Assembly: GCA_051439605.1 (NCBI GenBank)
Contig: JBFRWN010000046.1
Span: 1 to 64,000, forward strand
DNA from: Synechococcus sp.
GTDB lineage: Bacteria; Cyanobacteriota; Cyanobacteriia; Thermostichales; PCC-7336
DNA: 64,000 nucleotides
Direction of reading: 5' to 3'
Within the stretch, counting starts at the first letter, position 1, and each line of letters starts with the position of its first letter. Below the pieces are notes generated by a model. That model saw only the letters and a program-made list of their open reading frames with translations. It had not been told where the DNA came from and ran no database searches. Shown here piece after piece: positions 50,272 through 61,516 of the stretch. Made by a program: the position numbers and the translations under genes.

Positions 50272-52635
50272 ATGAACGTATCTCGAATTGCAAGCACGGT
50301 GGTGCTTTCTCTAGCAATGTTGCTCACCCTGGCTTCCGGTGCCTCATTTGCCCATGCACCACACGACGATATTCAACTGCTAGAGGTCTCTGCCAACTAC
50401 AGCAATGACAAAACTCTTTTTGTCTCTGTCAGAGAGAATCTACTGAGATCTAGTGACGGTGGGGAAAATTTTCGGCGTGTTGTTAACGGACTCGATTACA
50501 CACGAGGACTCAACGATCTAGAAAGTTCGGAAGCAAACGAATCAACCTTCTACCTTGCGACATCTGGTAATGGAATTTTTAAATCAGAAGACAAGGGAAA
50601 TAGCTGGTTTAGAGTTAATTCTGGCCTCGAGAATTTAGATATCTATAAATTAGCGGTCTCCCCAACCGACAGCGATTTTGTCCTTGCTGTGGGTGAAGAC
50701 CATACGCTCTACAGAAGCCGGAACGGAGGAAATACTTGGATTACAGTTTCCGATGCTCCTCACGTAACCGCAGTCGAGTATGCTCCCAAAGGAAATAGCG
50801 ATATTTTCCTTGGAGATGAACTCGGAAACCTCTACATGTCCCTTGATGGAATGGATAGTTGGACTGAACTATCCTCGCCCGAGAACGTAGGGGCAATTTC
50901 TGGAATCGTTATTTCCTCCAATTATTCTGAAGACAATAAGGGCTTTATTTACACCACTGAGGGAGGAGTGTTTGAAGGGGATATGGCAGATGGACCGGTT
51001 TGGCAGCCCATCAATACTGGGTTGAGCAATCAGGTACTGATGTCAATGGTTCAGCAGCCAGATTCATCGAATGAGTTCTCTTTTCTTGCCTCTAGCAGTC
51101 CAGAAGGAGTCGTGAGGTTTACCAGTTCTCAAGGTTCTTGGGAGCCCTTCGGGCAAGGCTTAACGACTCATACCCAAGCCAACCGCAAGGGGAGACCTCA
51201 TTTCACAGAACTGGTGTTAGTCAACGATTTCGAGAACAACAAAACTGCTTTTTTGGCAGGCTACGATGGGCTCTTCAAATCTGTCGATGGGGGTCAAAGT
51301 TGGAATCAACTGTATACTCTCAACCTAGACATTATTGCAGGGTTAAGTTTTTCCCCCACGTTTAGCGAAGATCGCACATTGGCCGTTAGTAGCTACCTAT
51401 CTGGATCGTACCTATCTCAGGATCTAGGACAGACCTGGACTTACAGTCATAAAGGGTTGGCCCAAGCACGACTGGAGCCCGGCATCGCTCGTCTTTTCGA
51501 TATTGCCTTTTCACCCGATTTCGCTGCAGATGGGCGAATCTACGCTATTCAAGAAAATAATCTCCTAATTTCTGACAATCTTGGTAAAAGTTGGAGGAGA
51601 AGTCCTCTGGCTAACAACTATCTAGGCTTCCGGAAAATATTAAATTCAGCTTGGTCTAAGATCCCAGTTATTGGCAGCAAAGATTTATTCACAGTTTACT
51701 TCCCTACACAGTTAGCATTTTCCCCCAACTATCAGCAGGATCGGACTCTATTTATTGGTGCCAGGGAGGGGAGTATTTTTCGCTCGCTCGACGGAGGCGA
51801 AAGTATTGAGAAAATTAGCGCTCTATCAAAGCGTATTAATTCTATTGCCTTGTCCCCTAATTTTTCTGTCGATCGCAAAGTGTTCGCTTTAGATAACGGT
51901 GAAAAGCTTTACGAGAGCAATGATGCAGGAGAGAGTTGGCAACCTGTTGATTTTGTTGCAGACAGCGACCCTCTCTTGTTCTACGTAGTGACTACTCCTG
52001 CTGGTTCTTCTCCGGAAGGTGAGACCTTTTTAGCAACATCTAAAGGCTTATATAAACGAACGGGGGAGGAGAGTCCATGGGAACTCTTAACCGGGGCTGG
52101 ATTAGATGACTCTAGCTATATTCAAGAGGTTGCAGTATCTCCAAACTTTGCTGAAGATCGAACTCTAATTGCTAGTGTTCGCGGGAAAGGAACTTTCAAA
52201 TCAATTGATGCAGGAGAAAGCTTTTCAAAAATTGCCGAGGATCTCTTTGAAGATAATTACGGATTTGCAAGCTACTATTCATTCCCCTCTACTGCTCTTA
52301 CGCTCAAATTCTCTCCAACCTATTCTGAAGACCGGACGATTGTTGGTTCAACAGGGAGAGATCTCTTTGTTTCGCAGGATGAAGGAGAAACTTGGTCCAG
52401 ACTTGACTTTCAAGCAGCCCCCCAAAGTTTCAGCTGGTTCTTGTTCGGTTACTTACTCCTCAAGGAAACCTTATTCTTACAACTCTTTCTTGCCCTTCTA
52501 TTGGCTTTAATTGGTTATTTCCTAAGCTCTTACTTTTTGCGAAATAGGAAGTTTAACGGTACCCAACTGTTTGCAATCAGGTTCGCAGTTGCAGTCACAC
52601 TGTTTTGGGTTCCAATCGCTATCCTCAGCTTCTAG
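50272..52635 (+). CDS. Exported BNR/Asp-box beta-propeller protein (sortilin/YCF48-like) with a C-terminal membrane anchor
   Basis: Signal peptide, many S.D.G.(S/T)W Asp-boxes, repeated FSP.F..DRT and two C-terminal hydrophobic helices. Confidence 0.85.
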   Translation: MNVSRIASTVVLSLAMLLTLASGASFAHAPHDDIQLLEVSANYSNDKTLFVSVRENLLRSSDGGENFRRVVNGLDYTRGLNDLESSEANESTFYLATSGNGIFKSEDKGNSWFRVNSGLENLDIYKLAVSPTDSDFVLAVGEDHTLYRSRNGGNTWITVSDAPHVTAVEYAPKGNSDIFLGDELGNLYMSLDGMDSWTELSSPENVGAISGIVISSNYSEDNKGFIYTTEGGVFEGDMADGPVWQPINTGLSNQVLMSMVQQPDSSNEFSFLASSSPEGVVRFTSSQGSWEPFGQGLTTHTQANRKGRPHFTELVLVNDFENNKTAFLAGYDGLFKSVDGGQSWNQLYTLNLDIIAGLSFSPTFSEDRTLAVSSYLSGSYLSQDLGQTWTYSHKGLAQARLEPGIARLFDIAFSPDFAADGRIYAIQENNLLISDNLGKSWRRSPLANNYLGFRKILNSAWSKIPVIGSKDLFTVYFPTQLAFSPNYQQDRTLFIGAREGSIFRSLDGGESIEKISALSKRINSIALSPNFSVDRKVFALDNGEKLYESNDAGESWQPVDFVADSDPLLFYVVTTPAGSSPEGETFLATSKGLYKRTGEESPWELLTGAGLDDSSYIQEVAVSPNFAEDRTLIASVRGKGTFKSIDAGESFSKIAEDLFEDNYGFASYYSFPSTALTLKFSPTYSEDRTIVGSTGRDLFVSQDEGETWSRLDFQAAPQSFSWFLFGYLLLKETLFLQLFLALLLALIGYFLSSYFLRNRKFNGTQLFAIRFAVAVTLFWVPIAILSF

Positions 52636-52868
52636 TCAATCGGCTTGTGATTGAGTTCGGCAATGCTTTCGCTGCGGGAGCTTTGTACACCTGCTTTTAC
52701 GGGCTGACCGGTTTTCTCTTGACATACATTCACAAGCCAGTGGAGCAGGTTGAGCAAGTGCTGAAGATATGTAATCCCAACTTTCACACCTTATTGACAA
52801 CTCCCGAGCTTCGTGGCGTAGAGGGAAGATTGAAAATAATTGAGTTCAGTATTGCGCAGCCGCTAAGA

Positions 52869-55535
52869 TTACTGAATTGTCACAATATTGCCAGTCTTTA
52901 CCCATCCTTCTAGCCCATTTCTGTCTCGACGAACCCGCTGCCAGCGACCGTCTCCACTCAGTTCCAAAATGGTGACGGTTTCGTTGAAGGGAATTCCGCC
53001 GATATACGCCCCCCCAGGTTCTGAACGCATCGCTAGGCCATCTGGCCAGTTCATTCGTCCTTTAACACCATTGGACACAGTCTCAGGAACCACTGCAGAA
53101 GAGTTGCTTAAAGCAGATTGAGCTTCAGTTGAAGACCCCTGTTGTTTGACATCCGTGATTGCAGGGTTTGAAGCCGCGATTGAATCTACTGTCGCAATGT
53201 TACCAGCCTTGACCCATCCTTCTTGGCCGTTTCTATCTCGACGAACCCGCTGCCAGCGACCGTCCCCACTCAGTTCCAAAATGGTGACGGTTTCGTTGAA
53301 GGGAATTCCACCAATGTACGCACCCCGAGGTTCTGAAAGCATTGCTAAACCATCGGGCCAAATCATGCGTCCTTTTTCACCGATAGAAACAGTGTTTGGG
53401 GCCACGTGGGGAGGGTTGGATTTAGATTCGGCGGTTGAATTATCCTCGGAATTGGACTCGACTTCAGGGTCAGGGTCGTCGGATCTGAGGAGAGCTTCTA
53501 ATTGCGCAATTTCCGGTATTTTGGATTCGTCTAGAAGAGAGGTGGAGAGCTCAAGAGGGTTGTCAGCGATAGAAGGGGTCTCTGGTGGGTTTTCTACTGT
53601 GGGTTGCATCCCGATAGCTGTCAAAATTTCCTTCTGCCGAACTTCATCAGAAATCGAATTAGCCGTCAACTTAGCCTTCTCAAGATTTCCGCGATCGAGT
53701 GCTTCGAGTGCCAGTCGATAGTGGGCCTCATCTGCAAGCAAAAGAGCTTGAGCTTTCCATGCGTCGTTAACAATTAGCTCGGTTGCCTCGACTGCAGCCT
53801 GCCAATTTTGATTGTCGAGTTCCTGTCGGGCTAGCTCGATAAATCTGCGATCGGATTCCAACTGCCAAACACTGACGGTGTCTTGGGCCAGATTGAAATC
53901 CTGATTATTTTCTGGAATCAATTTCAAAAGTGCAATTGCTTCATCCAGCTGCCCGTTACGGTACCGATCTGCGGCACGTTGAAAGCGTTCATCTGACGGT
54001 CGATCGCCAAAGATATTTTCGATGGGCATAGATTCTGTGTCCGACTCCTCCGTCGATATGTCCGTTGAGGAGATCCTTGGTTCGGTTTCGTCCGATACCG
54101 TAGATGTTTGCTGCAGAAGCGTATGGATAAAATAGCCACTCCCTCCAAGTGTTGCGACGGAAAGCAACACAAACGCCAGGTAGACGGCAGGTTTTAGAGT
54201 GAAAGAGCGTTGCGGGAAATCATCGGTTTCTACAGGCTTGGCAGAAAAACTGATAGTCTTGCCCGAGGACAGGGATGGGGTAGGTTTCTGAGTTGGGGCA
54301 GGAAGCTCTGAACTGGAAAGAGAAGGCAGTTCGTCAGTTTCCTTGATGGACCGATCGCTCGATCTCACACCTACACTAGCCGGCTCGAACCCCTCTGGCC
54401 AGCGAGTGTTTTTGTTCTGGTGAGCATCTTTTAATACTGTTCCATTCAGAGTTGCAGTACTGAGATCTGCTCCACTCAGATTGGCTCCAGTCAAGTTAAC
54501 CTCTGTCAAGTTGGCATACCTAAGCTTGGCATTGCTGAGGTTGGCATTGCTGAGGTTACCACCCATCAACGATGCTTGTTCTAAACTGGTTCCACTCAAG
54601 TTAGTTTTAGCTAAGTTTGCACCTATAAAAGTTGCCCTGTCCAAGTTGGCACTAGCTAAACAGCTCTGCTTGAATTGGATGCGATCTAAATTTGCTCTAC
54701 TTAAATCAACACCTGTGAGATCTGCCCCTTCCGCTGTGGCCTGCCCAAGTTCTGCACCTACAAAAATAGCCCCTTGCAAATTGGCATAACTCAAATCAGC
54801 GCGTGTTAAGTCAGCCCCAGTAAAGTCGGAACCACTCAGGTCAACCTTACCTAAACAGGCTTCTGTTAACATAATTCTTCTAAAATTTCGTTCCCCCAAT
54901 CGATATCTTTCGAGCAATTGCAAGCAGGCTTTAGTGGTAGCTGGATCGACAATCTTCATACCCGCTTGGACAGGATCGAATTCCTCGGGGAAACGAGTAG
55001 TTTCGCTATAGATGGCATCTTTCAAAATAGTTCGATCGAGGTTCGCTCTATTCAAATCGGCTCCGACTAAGTTTGCAAGAGACAAATTTGCAAGTGTCAA
55101 GTTAGCCTTTTTCAGGTTTGTATCTGCCAGATTTGCTCCTTTTAGGTGAGCCTGTCCTAGATCGACTCCTTGTAGATTACTATCTATCAGCGAAGCTTCA
55201 CTTAGATTTGCACGAACTAAATTCGCATCCTGTAGATTTGCATCACAAATATTGGCATTCTCTAAGTCAACTTCTTGAAGATCCGCCTGTGAGAGATTAG
55301 AGCTTAAAATTTTTGTGTTGCTGAGATCTGAACCTCGGAAAACTGCTTGACTCAGATCGACATTTTCAAACTCAGCACTTGCAAAATTTGAATTACTAAA
55401 ATCAGCATTAACTAAGCCGACGTTACTTAAGCGAGCCTGACTTAGGGTGACTCTTCTAAAATTACGAGCTCCCAATTCGTAATATCCTAACAATTCGTCT
55501 ACGTGCTCACTTAGACTTTTATACAAATCTTTCAT
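52869..55535 (-). CDS. Pentapeptide-repeat protein with a TM helix and two C-terminal bacterial SH3 domains
   Basis: Two blocks of A(D/N)Lxx repeats, each preceded by Y..G.RNF; a TM segment (AVYLAFVLLSVATLGG); duplicated GL.MRSEP...WQRVR....GWV. ATG at 55535 preferred as start. Confidence 0.87.
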   Translation of the reverse strand: MKDLYKSLSEHVDELLGYYELGARNFRRVTLSQARLSNVGLVNADFSNSNFASAEFENVDLSQAVFRGSDLSNTKILSSNLSQADLQEVDLENANICDANLQDANLVRANLSEASLIDSNLQGVDLGQAHLKGANLADTNLKKANLTLANLSLANLVGADLNRANLDRTILKDAIYSETTRFPEEFDPVQAGMKIVDPATTKACLQLLERYRLGERNFRRIMLTEACLGKVDLSGSDFTGADLTRADLSYANLQGAIFVGAELGQATAEGADLTGVDLSRANLDRIQFKQSCLASANLDRATFIGANLAKTNLSGTSLEQASLMGGNLSNANLSNAKLRYANLTEVNLTGANLSGADLSTATLNGTVLKDAHQNKNTRWPEGFEPASVGVRSSDRSIKETDELPSLSSSELPAPTQKPTPSLSSGKTISFSAKPVETDDFPQRSFTLKPAVYLAFVLLSVATLGGSGYFIHTLLQQTSTVSDETEPRISSTDISTEESDTESMPIENIFGDRPSDERFQRAADRYRNGQLDEAIALLKLIPENNQDFNLAQDTVSVWQLESDRRFIELARQELDNQNWQAAVEATELIVNDAWKAQALLLADEAHYRLALEALDRGNLEKAKLTANSISDEVRQKEILTAIGMQPTVENPPETPSIADNPLELSTSLLDESKIPEIAQLEALLRSDDPDPEVESNSEDNSTAESKSNPPHVAPNTVSIGEKGRMIWPDGLAMLSEPRGAYIGGIPFNETVTILELSGDGRWQRVRRDRNGQEGWVKAGNIATVDSIAASNPAITDVKQQGSSTEAQSALSNSSAVVPETVSNGVKGRMNWPDGLAMRSEPGGAYIGGIPFNETVTILELSGDGRWQRVRRDRNGLEGWVKTGNIVTIQ
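52901..53360. repeat. Direct repeat pair of about 150 bp (SH3 duplication, offset 312 bp)
   Basis: 52901-53048 and 53213-53360 share long identical runs such as CTCGACGAACCCGCTGCCAGCGACCGT and CCACTCAGTTCCAAAATGGTGACGGTTTCGTTGAAGGGAATTCC. Confidence 0.9.
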
Positions 55536-56034
55536 GGTGATTTTCCGGGAAGTCTTGAGATAGACAGTAAAATAAGTTACTAGATATATACGGAGATGTC
55601 GTATTGTTGGACCAAGTGTAACAATTAATTTCCCTAGGTGATGAGAATAGCGATGCGGCGAAAGCGCTTTGGGCGTTGGACAAGAGTGGAACATCAGTTG
55701 TCCGTTATCATGCGAGTAAAGTCCTCTAAGAAGGTTGGGAGTCCGGTACCGAGGGTAGCTGGTTGTAATAGTGATAAAGCCTTTTTAGCGAGGTCAACTG
55801 CATGAGGGAGTCCGGCAACGAGCTGAGTGCCAAACCGGATAAATCTAGTTCGGTTTAGTTATTATCCAGCGCCTTTTGGATGCGCTTATCTACTTCCGAG
55901 AAGCCTCTGTAGTTGATCCAATCCAGCTATAGTTTGCAGGGCTTTAACAGAAGTTGGATCCCCTCAAATTGCCCATCAGAATAATCTCTTAGTCACAAGG
56001 CCCCTGACGCGATCGCCCATTCTTCCAGTTCCCC

Positions 56035-56495
56035 CTAAGGCTCGATCGCCTTACCCGCCCAAACCCGCTCAAACGGCACCCCAACCTTCCGATGCGCCTC
56101 CCGAATCACCTCCGCATCCGGCGCATCGAACGTACAAATCATCCGCAGGCGATCGCTAGAGAGCAAGGAATGCTGAAGAGTCTCCCACTCCGTCTCGCGA
56201 CCTACTAACGGCGGCAAAGATAGTACGACTACCTGTGTCATTGCCGCTCCCACAGTCCCCTGCAGGTTCTTCCCCTGCAAGTCCTTGCTGGCCGAGTCCT
56301 TGCCAATATCTCCCGACAAAGAACCCTCGTGAGCCTCATCTTCTAGTAAGAGTTGTTCGTAAAGCATGCGAGTCGCGGCGCTGGGTTCCACCCCCAGCTC
56401 TTCCCTCAGCAGCGTCATGCACTGGTGGTACACCTGTAGGGCATTGGCGCGATCGCCATTCGCACCGTGCAACCGCATCAACGCGGCATAGAGTG
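56035..56495 (-). pseudogene. Remnant of a BTAD/SARP-ATPase regulator fused to a DUF4242-like C-terminus
   Basis: BTAD end (LMRLH...GDRANALQVYHQC...LREELGVEPSAAT), AAA-ATPase entry (LVGRETEW) with no P-loop, then LSSDRLRMICTFDAPDAEVIREAH..VGVPFERVW. Confidence 0.7.
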
Positions 56496-56818
56496 AAAGG
56501 TTGTTACGCGTTCTCGTCTTGAGTATGAAGGGTTGGCTGTGCATTCCGGCAGCGCCTCGGAATCTCCTGACTCTGCCAGACAAGGGGGATATCTGGCGAT
56601 TGGATGGAGCTCGTCGCCCATGCTTGGAGAGTCTTTACGTGAAGAACAACTTAGAAAAGATAGCTGCGATTATCCTAGCGATGAAAAAATGTTGCAGTAT
56701 TGAATTCGTTAAAAAGTTGAATCCAATTACCGAAATAAGTATAAATACCAAATCTTTGAGCTAAGAAATATTTTCTACTTCACGCTTTAGAGCAACACTG
56801 TGAGCGGTTTCTCACAGA

Positions 56819-56938
56819 CAACGGTAGAAAGCTGGTCCCGGCCCCTTTACTCAAACCATTTCCAACTGTAGAATTCCGGTTTCGGCCCCTTTGTTTGACC
56901 CATTTACCAACTGTAGAAAGCTAAGCTCAGCCGTTTTC
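56819..56938. repeat. Degenerate 44-45 bp tandem repeat (about 2.7 copies)
   Basis: CAAC(G/T)GTAGAA at 56819, 56863 and 56908. The first two copies are each followed by CGGCCCCTTT...CCATTT. Confidence 0.7.
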
Positions 56939-57004
56939 ATGAGAAATATCTAGACTACTTTTAGAGAATAAACTCAGATATTGATCGATAAGGGCCATAA
57001 ACAA

Positions 57005-57088
57005 ATTACAAACAGTAACAAGTTAAGCAGCCCATTAAATGTGACAAATATTGACAAAGTATTTGCAATATAGCTGATTTGTTATAAT
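57005..57088 (+). promoter_or_regulatory. Putative nblA promoter with HLR1-like (RpaB) direct repeats and an extended -10
   Basis: ATTACAAA-ca-GTAACAAG (57005) and GTGACAAA-ta-TTGACAAA (57041), then TG-T-TATAAT (57080-57088). Confidence 0.5.
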
Positions 57089-57431
57089 GAGCTAAAGAAA
57101 ATATTTAGTTCAACAGTCGAGGAGGTGATTAACATTTTCTGTTGCAGCTCGCCAAGGTCTTGTGAAACCGGTCAAGCGCTCGCATGCTGCCACCTAAGAC
57201 GACCTTTCGTCGAGGTATTCGATTGCTTAGCCTTGAGACCTTATAGAGTAGCCTTCATGGCAACAGGATACTTGCGAAGTGGTAACTAGAACCGCTCTAT
57301 TTCGCTTTGAAATTGCACGTTGCTGTTTCTGTTTGCTTTGCCCCACGGGCCACCCAGAGAGTTCTACACCACATCGCCAGCCCTGTTTTGAAAAGTCGAA
57401 AGGCAGCGTTGTTGTCACTTGTGGTGATTAT

Positions 57432-57629
57432 ATGAGTAGTCCAGGTACGCTCAGAATGGAGCAGCAATTTAGATTGCAAATGTTGAAAGATGCAGCTAAG
57501 TCTGCCAGTCGAGAGCAATTAGAGGAGATTTTCCTCGAAGTCAACCGACAGTTAATGCTAAAAGACAATTGGATTCGGCAGATCTTCAAAGAGTGCTATC
57601 TTCACGATTTGCCAAGTACGATTGCTTGA
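57432..57629 (+). CDS. nblA: Phycobilisome degradation protein NblA
   Basis: MSSPGTLRMEQQFRLQMLKDAAKSASREQLEEIFLEVNRQLMLKDNWIRQIFK carries the L.LEQQF, S.EQ and Q.M.K.N pattern; 65 aa. Confidence 0.85.
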   Translation: MSSPGTLRMEQQFRLQMLKDAAKSASREQLEEIFLEVNRQLMLKDNWIRQIFKECYLHDLPSTIA

Positions 57630-58261
57630 TAGTTCGGCGCTCTCGCTTTGGCTAAATTCATTCTCCTTAGGGAGGGGCTACGGCAAGATTAGATTCTACT
57701 GTTTTGAGCTATCTCTCACGGTCTAGTCTGCCGTGGTCGCTATTGCTTGCTTCAATGAATGGATACGGTCTGCTGGTGTCTGTCGATAGTGCCCTACTGT
57801 GCAGAGGGCAAACCTCTCAATCTCGTTGCACTAATATAGAGACATGAGGAGTATTTTTCCCTCTGCTGGCGATCGGACTTCAACCGTAAATAAAACCTTT
57901 GTCCAATCGTTTTTTGTAAAGGGTCTGTTTGAACAATAACGGATGCCATCTCAGTTGGGACATCCGGAATGTAACTTTGTCAGGATTCTAGATCGCTGAG
58001 AAGTCATCATCGACTTTACGGTTGAACTACGCGATCGAAACGCAGAAAGATTCGCGGTGATGCTCTGCAAGTTGGCGATGAAGATCGCGGGCTAAAGTGC
58101 TCGCTGCAGATGCACTCAAACGACTGCGATGTCCGGCTAGACCGAGCTATCCTGCCCTGTTGCGAACCATGCACGGATGACGGCGCAATCCCTTCGAACT
58201 ACAGATTGTTGCGGCGATCGTCCCCAGATACTTTGAGCTCTGATGTTTAGAGGACAGAATC

Positions 58262-59887
58262 GTGCCTCAATTAGCCCCTCACATTTTCGAACTCTTGCAC
58301 CGTCAAGGAGTTCAACATGCATTTGGTATTCCTGGGGATTTTGCCCTTACCCTCTACGATGCGTTGGCGGATAGCGAAATTACTCCAGTGGTCATGACTC
58401 ACGAGCCCTGTGTCGGGTTTGCTGCCGATGCCTACTCCCGCATTCGGGGACTTGGGTTGGCGGTGGTCACCTACAGTGTTGGCGGATTGAATATGGTCAA
58501 TTCGGTGGCTGGCGCCTATGCCGAAAAATCGCCACTGGTGGTCTTGAGCGGCGGACCTGGAGTGAGGGAACGGCAGGAAAAGAATCTTCTGCACCACAAG
58601 GTGAAAAGCTTCGATACGCAACGACGGGTTTACGACCAGGTGACCCTCTACGCCGCGACGTTGGACGACCCGCTAACAGCCGACGCCCAGATTCACAAGG
58701 CGATCGACTATGCCACCACCCTCAAGCGACCTGTCTATTTGGAAATTCCCCGCGATATGGTTAACGCGGAGATCGAAGAAACTGACCATCCACATTCACC
58801 CCTCAAGCAAACCGATCCAGACACGCTGGCGGAAGCGTTAGCTGAAACCCTCAATATGTTGCAAAGGGCTAAATCTCCGGTGTTACTAGTAGGGGTTGAG
58901 GTGCATCGGTTTGGCCTCCAAAAACGGGTGTTAGCGATCGCCGAAAAACTCGGCTTGCCGGTGTGCGCCACAATGTTGGGCAAATCTGCTTTTCCAGAAG
59001 GGCATCCCCAATACATCGGCATCTACAACGGCGAAGCGGGAGACCCCTACGTTCGCAATTTAGTGGAGGACTCCGATTGCCTGCTGATGGTGGGGGTGTT
59101 CATGACGGACATCAACCTAGGCATGTTCACGGCTCACCTCGATCCGGGTCGGACTATTTCTGTGACCTCCGAGCGGCTGGCAATCGCCCATCACCACTAT
59201 GCCAACCTGCGCTTCGAGGATTTTATTGCAGCCCTAGTGGGTCACCCCGATTTACCCCCACCCCCTTCAGCAGAAATCCTTTCGATGCGTCCCCGCGTTG
59301 CCCCAGCTGACGGCAGAATTTCCACCAGCGGCTTAATTTATGAACTGAACCGGTTTATCGACAGCGACACCCTGCTAGTCACGGATGTGGGGGACACGCT
59401 GTTTTCGGCAGACGATATTCGCATGCAGGCCGGGACTTCGTTTTTGTGTCCAGCCTTCTACGCCAGCATGGGCTTCGCAGTTCCTGGTGTCATCGGTGCC
59501 CAATTGGCCGATCCCTTCCGGCGGGCGATCGCCTTGGTGGGGGATGGGGCCTTCCAAATGACCGGTATGGAATTGATAACGGCGAAAAAACTGGGGTTAA
59601 ACCCGATTGTCATCGTGCTGAATAACGGCTCGTTTAGCTCGTTGCGCTCGATGGGGCACGAGAAGGCCGAATTTGTGAATATTCCCCGTCTGGACTACGC
59701 CCAACTCGCCACTGCATTAGGGGGGCACGGCTTTGCGATCGAAACGGGCGAAGACCTGCGCCGGGCTCTGCACAACGCCCGAGCCTGCGATACCTTCAGC
59801 ATTTTGGACGTTCGTCTGCAGCCTGAGGATGTGTCACCCGCGTTGCAACACTTAAGCGCTCTGTTCGCTAAAACCCTCAAGGGATAG
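58262..59887 (+). CDS. ThDP-dependent 2-oxo-acid decarboxylase (indolepyruvate/phenylpyruvate decarboxylase-like)
   Basis: Motifs [22 protein letters not shown] and ThDP-binding GDGAFQMTG...NN. Confidence 0.9.
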   Translation: MPQLAPHIFELLHRQGVQHAFGIPGDFALTLYDALADSEITPVVMTHEPCVGFAADAYSRIRGLGLAVVTYSVGGLNMVNSVAGAYAEKSPLVVLSGGPGVRERQEKNLLHHKVKSFDTQRRVYDQVTLYAATLDDPLTADAQIHKAIDYATTLKRPVYLEIPRDMVNAEIEETDHPHSPLKQTDPDTLAEALAETLNMLQRAKSPVLLVGVEVHRFGLQKRVLAIAEKLGLPVCATMLGKSAFPEGHPQYIGIYNGEAGDPYVRNLVEDSDCLLMVGVFMTDINLGMFTAHLDPGRTISVTSERLAIAHHHYANLRFEDFIAALVGHPDLPPPPSAEILSMRPRVAPADGRISTSGLIYELNRFIDSDTLLVTDVGDTLFSADDIRMQAGTSFLCPAFYASMGFAVPGVIGAQLADPFRRAIALVGDGAFQMTGMELITAKKLGLNPIVIVLNNGSFSSLRSMGHEKAEFVNIPRLDYAQLATALGGHGFAIETGEDLRRALHNARACDTFSILDVRLQPEDVSPALQHLSALFAKTLKG

Positions 59888-59906
59888 AAAGGCCAGGAGG
59901 ATAGGT

Positions 59907-61379
59907 ATGGCAATTGCAACTGCAGTCTCATTGGAGCGAGATATCGCTCACACTCAATTGCTGATCGATAACGAGTGGGTGGATAGTCTCTCGGGTAAAA
60001 CTTTCGAGACTCTGAATCCCACCACTGGGGAACCCATTTGTAGTGTCGCGGAGGCTGATGTTGCCGATGTCGATCGCGCAGTCAAGGCCGCCCGTTCTGC
60101 ATTCGAGGATGGCGAGTGGGCCCACATGTCCGCCAGACGTCGCGGCGAACTCCTGTTCATCTTGGCCAACCTGATCGAACAGCATCGGGACGAACTGGCC
60201 CGCTTAGAAACCCTCGACAACGGCAAGCCCCTCAGCCAATCGCTAACGGTAGACTTGCCGCTGACGGTGCAGTGCTATCGCTACTATGCTGGCTGGGCTG
60301 ACAAAATCCAGGGGCGCACCGTCCCTGTTGACGGCCCGTATTTTACCTATACGCGACACGAGCCCATTGGGGTTGTCGGACAGATTATTCCGTGGAATTT
60401 CCCCCTGCTGATGCAGGCGTGGAAACTCGCCCCAGCTCTGGCTGCAGGCAATACGGTGGTACTCAAGCCCGCCAGCAACACTCCCCTGACGGCTCTGCGG
60501 GTGGGAGAGCTGATTGTGGAAGCAGGGTTCCCTCCCGGTGTCGTGAATATTGCTCCCGGAGCTGGTTCTGTTGCTGGAATGGCGATCGCCAGCCATATGG
60601 ACATCGACAAGGTGGCCTTTACTGGGTCCACCGAGGTGGGTCACTCGATTATGGAGGCGGCAGCCAACAGCAACCTCAAGCGGGTGACGCTGGAATTAGG
60701 AGGGAAGAGTCCCAATATTGTGTTCGCCGATGCTGATGTAGATGCAGCCCTTGCCGGGGCACATTTTGGACTGTTCTTTAACCAAGGGCAATGTTGCACG
60801 GCTGGATCGAGATTGTTCGTCCAAGACAGCATCTACGAAGAATTTGTCCAGCGCAGCGTCGAACTGGCTCGCAACCGGATTGTGGGGGATCCCTTCGATC
60901 CGGAAACAGAGCAAGGACCGCAAGTCAGTCAGACTCAGATGGACCGGGTCATGCACTATATTGAATCGGGAATGCGCGAGGGCGCTCATCTGTTGTGCGG
61001 CGGCGACCGGTTCGGCGATCGCGGCTTTTTTGTCGAACCGACAATGTTTGCCGACGTTCGGGATGACATGACCATCGCGCGGGAAGAGATTTTCGGCCCC
61101 GTGATGAGCATCATCAAATTTAAGGACATTGACGAGGCGATTCGGCGAGCGAATCAGTCTATTTACGGTTTGGCAGCGGCGGTGTGGACCCGAGATATTT
61201 CCAAAGCCCACGCAATCGCCCATGCCCTTAAGGCTGGAACCGTCTGGGTAAATTGCTACGACGTCTTCGATGCCGCAGCCCCATTCGGTGGGTTCAAGCA
61301 GTCGGGGATTGGCCGCGAATTGGGGGAATACGCCCTGCACGAATACACGGAGGTGAAGACCGTAACGGTCAAGTTGTAA
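59907..61379 (+). CDS. NAD-dependent aldehyde dehydrogenase (ALDH1/2-like)
   Basis: Motifs [18 protein letters not shown], catalytic FNQGQCC and EEIFGPV. Confidence 0.96.
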   Translation: MAIATAVSLERDIAHTQLLIDNEWVDSLSGKTFETLNPTTGEPICSVAEADVADVDRAVKAARSAFEDGEWAHMSARRRGELLFILANLIEQHRDELARLETLDNGKPLSQSLTVDLPLTVQCYRYYAGWADKIQGRTVPVDGPYFTYTRHEPIGVVGQIIPWNFPLLMQAWKLAPALAAGNTVVLKPASNTPLTALRVGELIVEAGFPPGVVNIAPGAGSVAGMAIASHMDIDKVAFTGSTEVGHSIMEAAANSNLKRVTLELGGKSPNIVFADADVDAALAGAHFGLFFNQGQCCTAGSRLFVQDSIYEEFVQRSVELARNRIVGDPFDPETEQGPQVSQTQMDRVMHYIESGMREGAHLLCGGDRFGDRGFFVEPTMFADVRDDMTIAREEIFGPVMSIIKFKDIDEAIRRANQSIYGLAAAVWTRDISKAHAIAHALKAGTVWVNCYDVFDAAAPFGGFKQSGIGRELGEYALHEYTEVKTVTVKL

Positions 61380-61516
61380 AGCGACCGTCAAGTCGCTTAG
61401 GACATTTCAGCTACTTCATTCTCTGGATAGGCATAGATCTCTCTGCCCTAACTGAAATGTCAAGAGCTATAGGCAACAGCTCTGCTGCTACCAATCCATT
61501 GTTGAGGAGACTTTTT

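Noticed and set aside
56799..56816. CRP/SyCRP1 site
   Set aside because: TGTGA and TCACA are separated by 8 nt, not 6.
56819..56938. Possible CRISPR array
   Set aside because: The period is only 44-45 bp, the inter-repeat segments resemble each other, the repeats are degenerate and no cas genes are present.
57279..57431. Cys-rich N-terminal extension of NblA in the ORF track
   Set aside because: NblA proteins are about 60 aa and similarity begins at ATG 57432.
57940..58260. TPP riboswitch upstream of the ThDP-dependent decarboxylase
   Set aside because: GCTGAGA is present but the downstream ACCCG/ACCTGA and CGNAGG core elements were not found.
61253..61516. N-terminal extension of the amino-acid dehydrogenase overlapping ALDH
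   Set aside because: Family similarity and a good RBS begin at ATG 61517.
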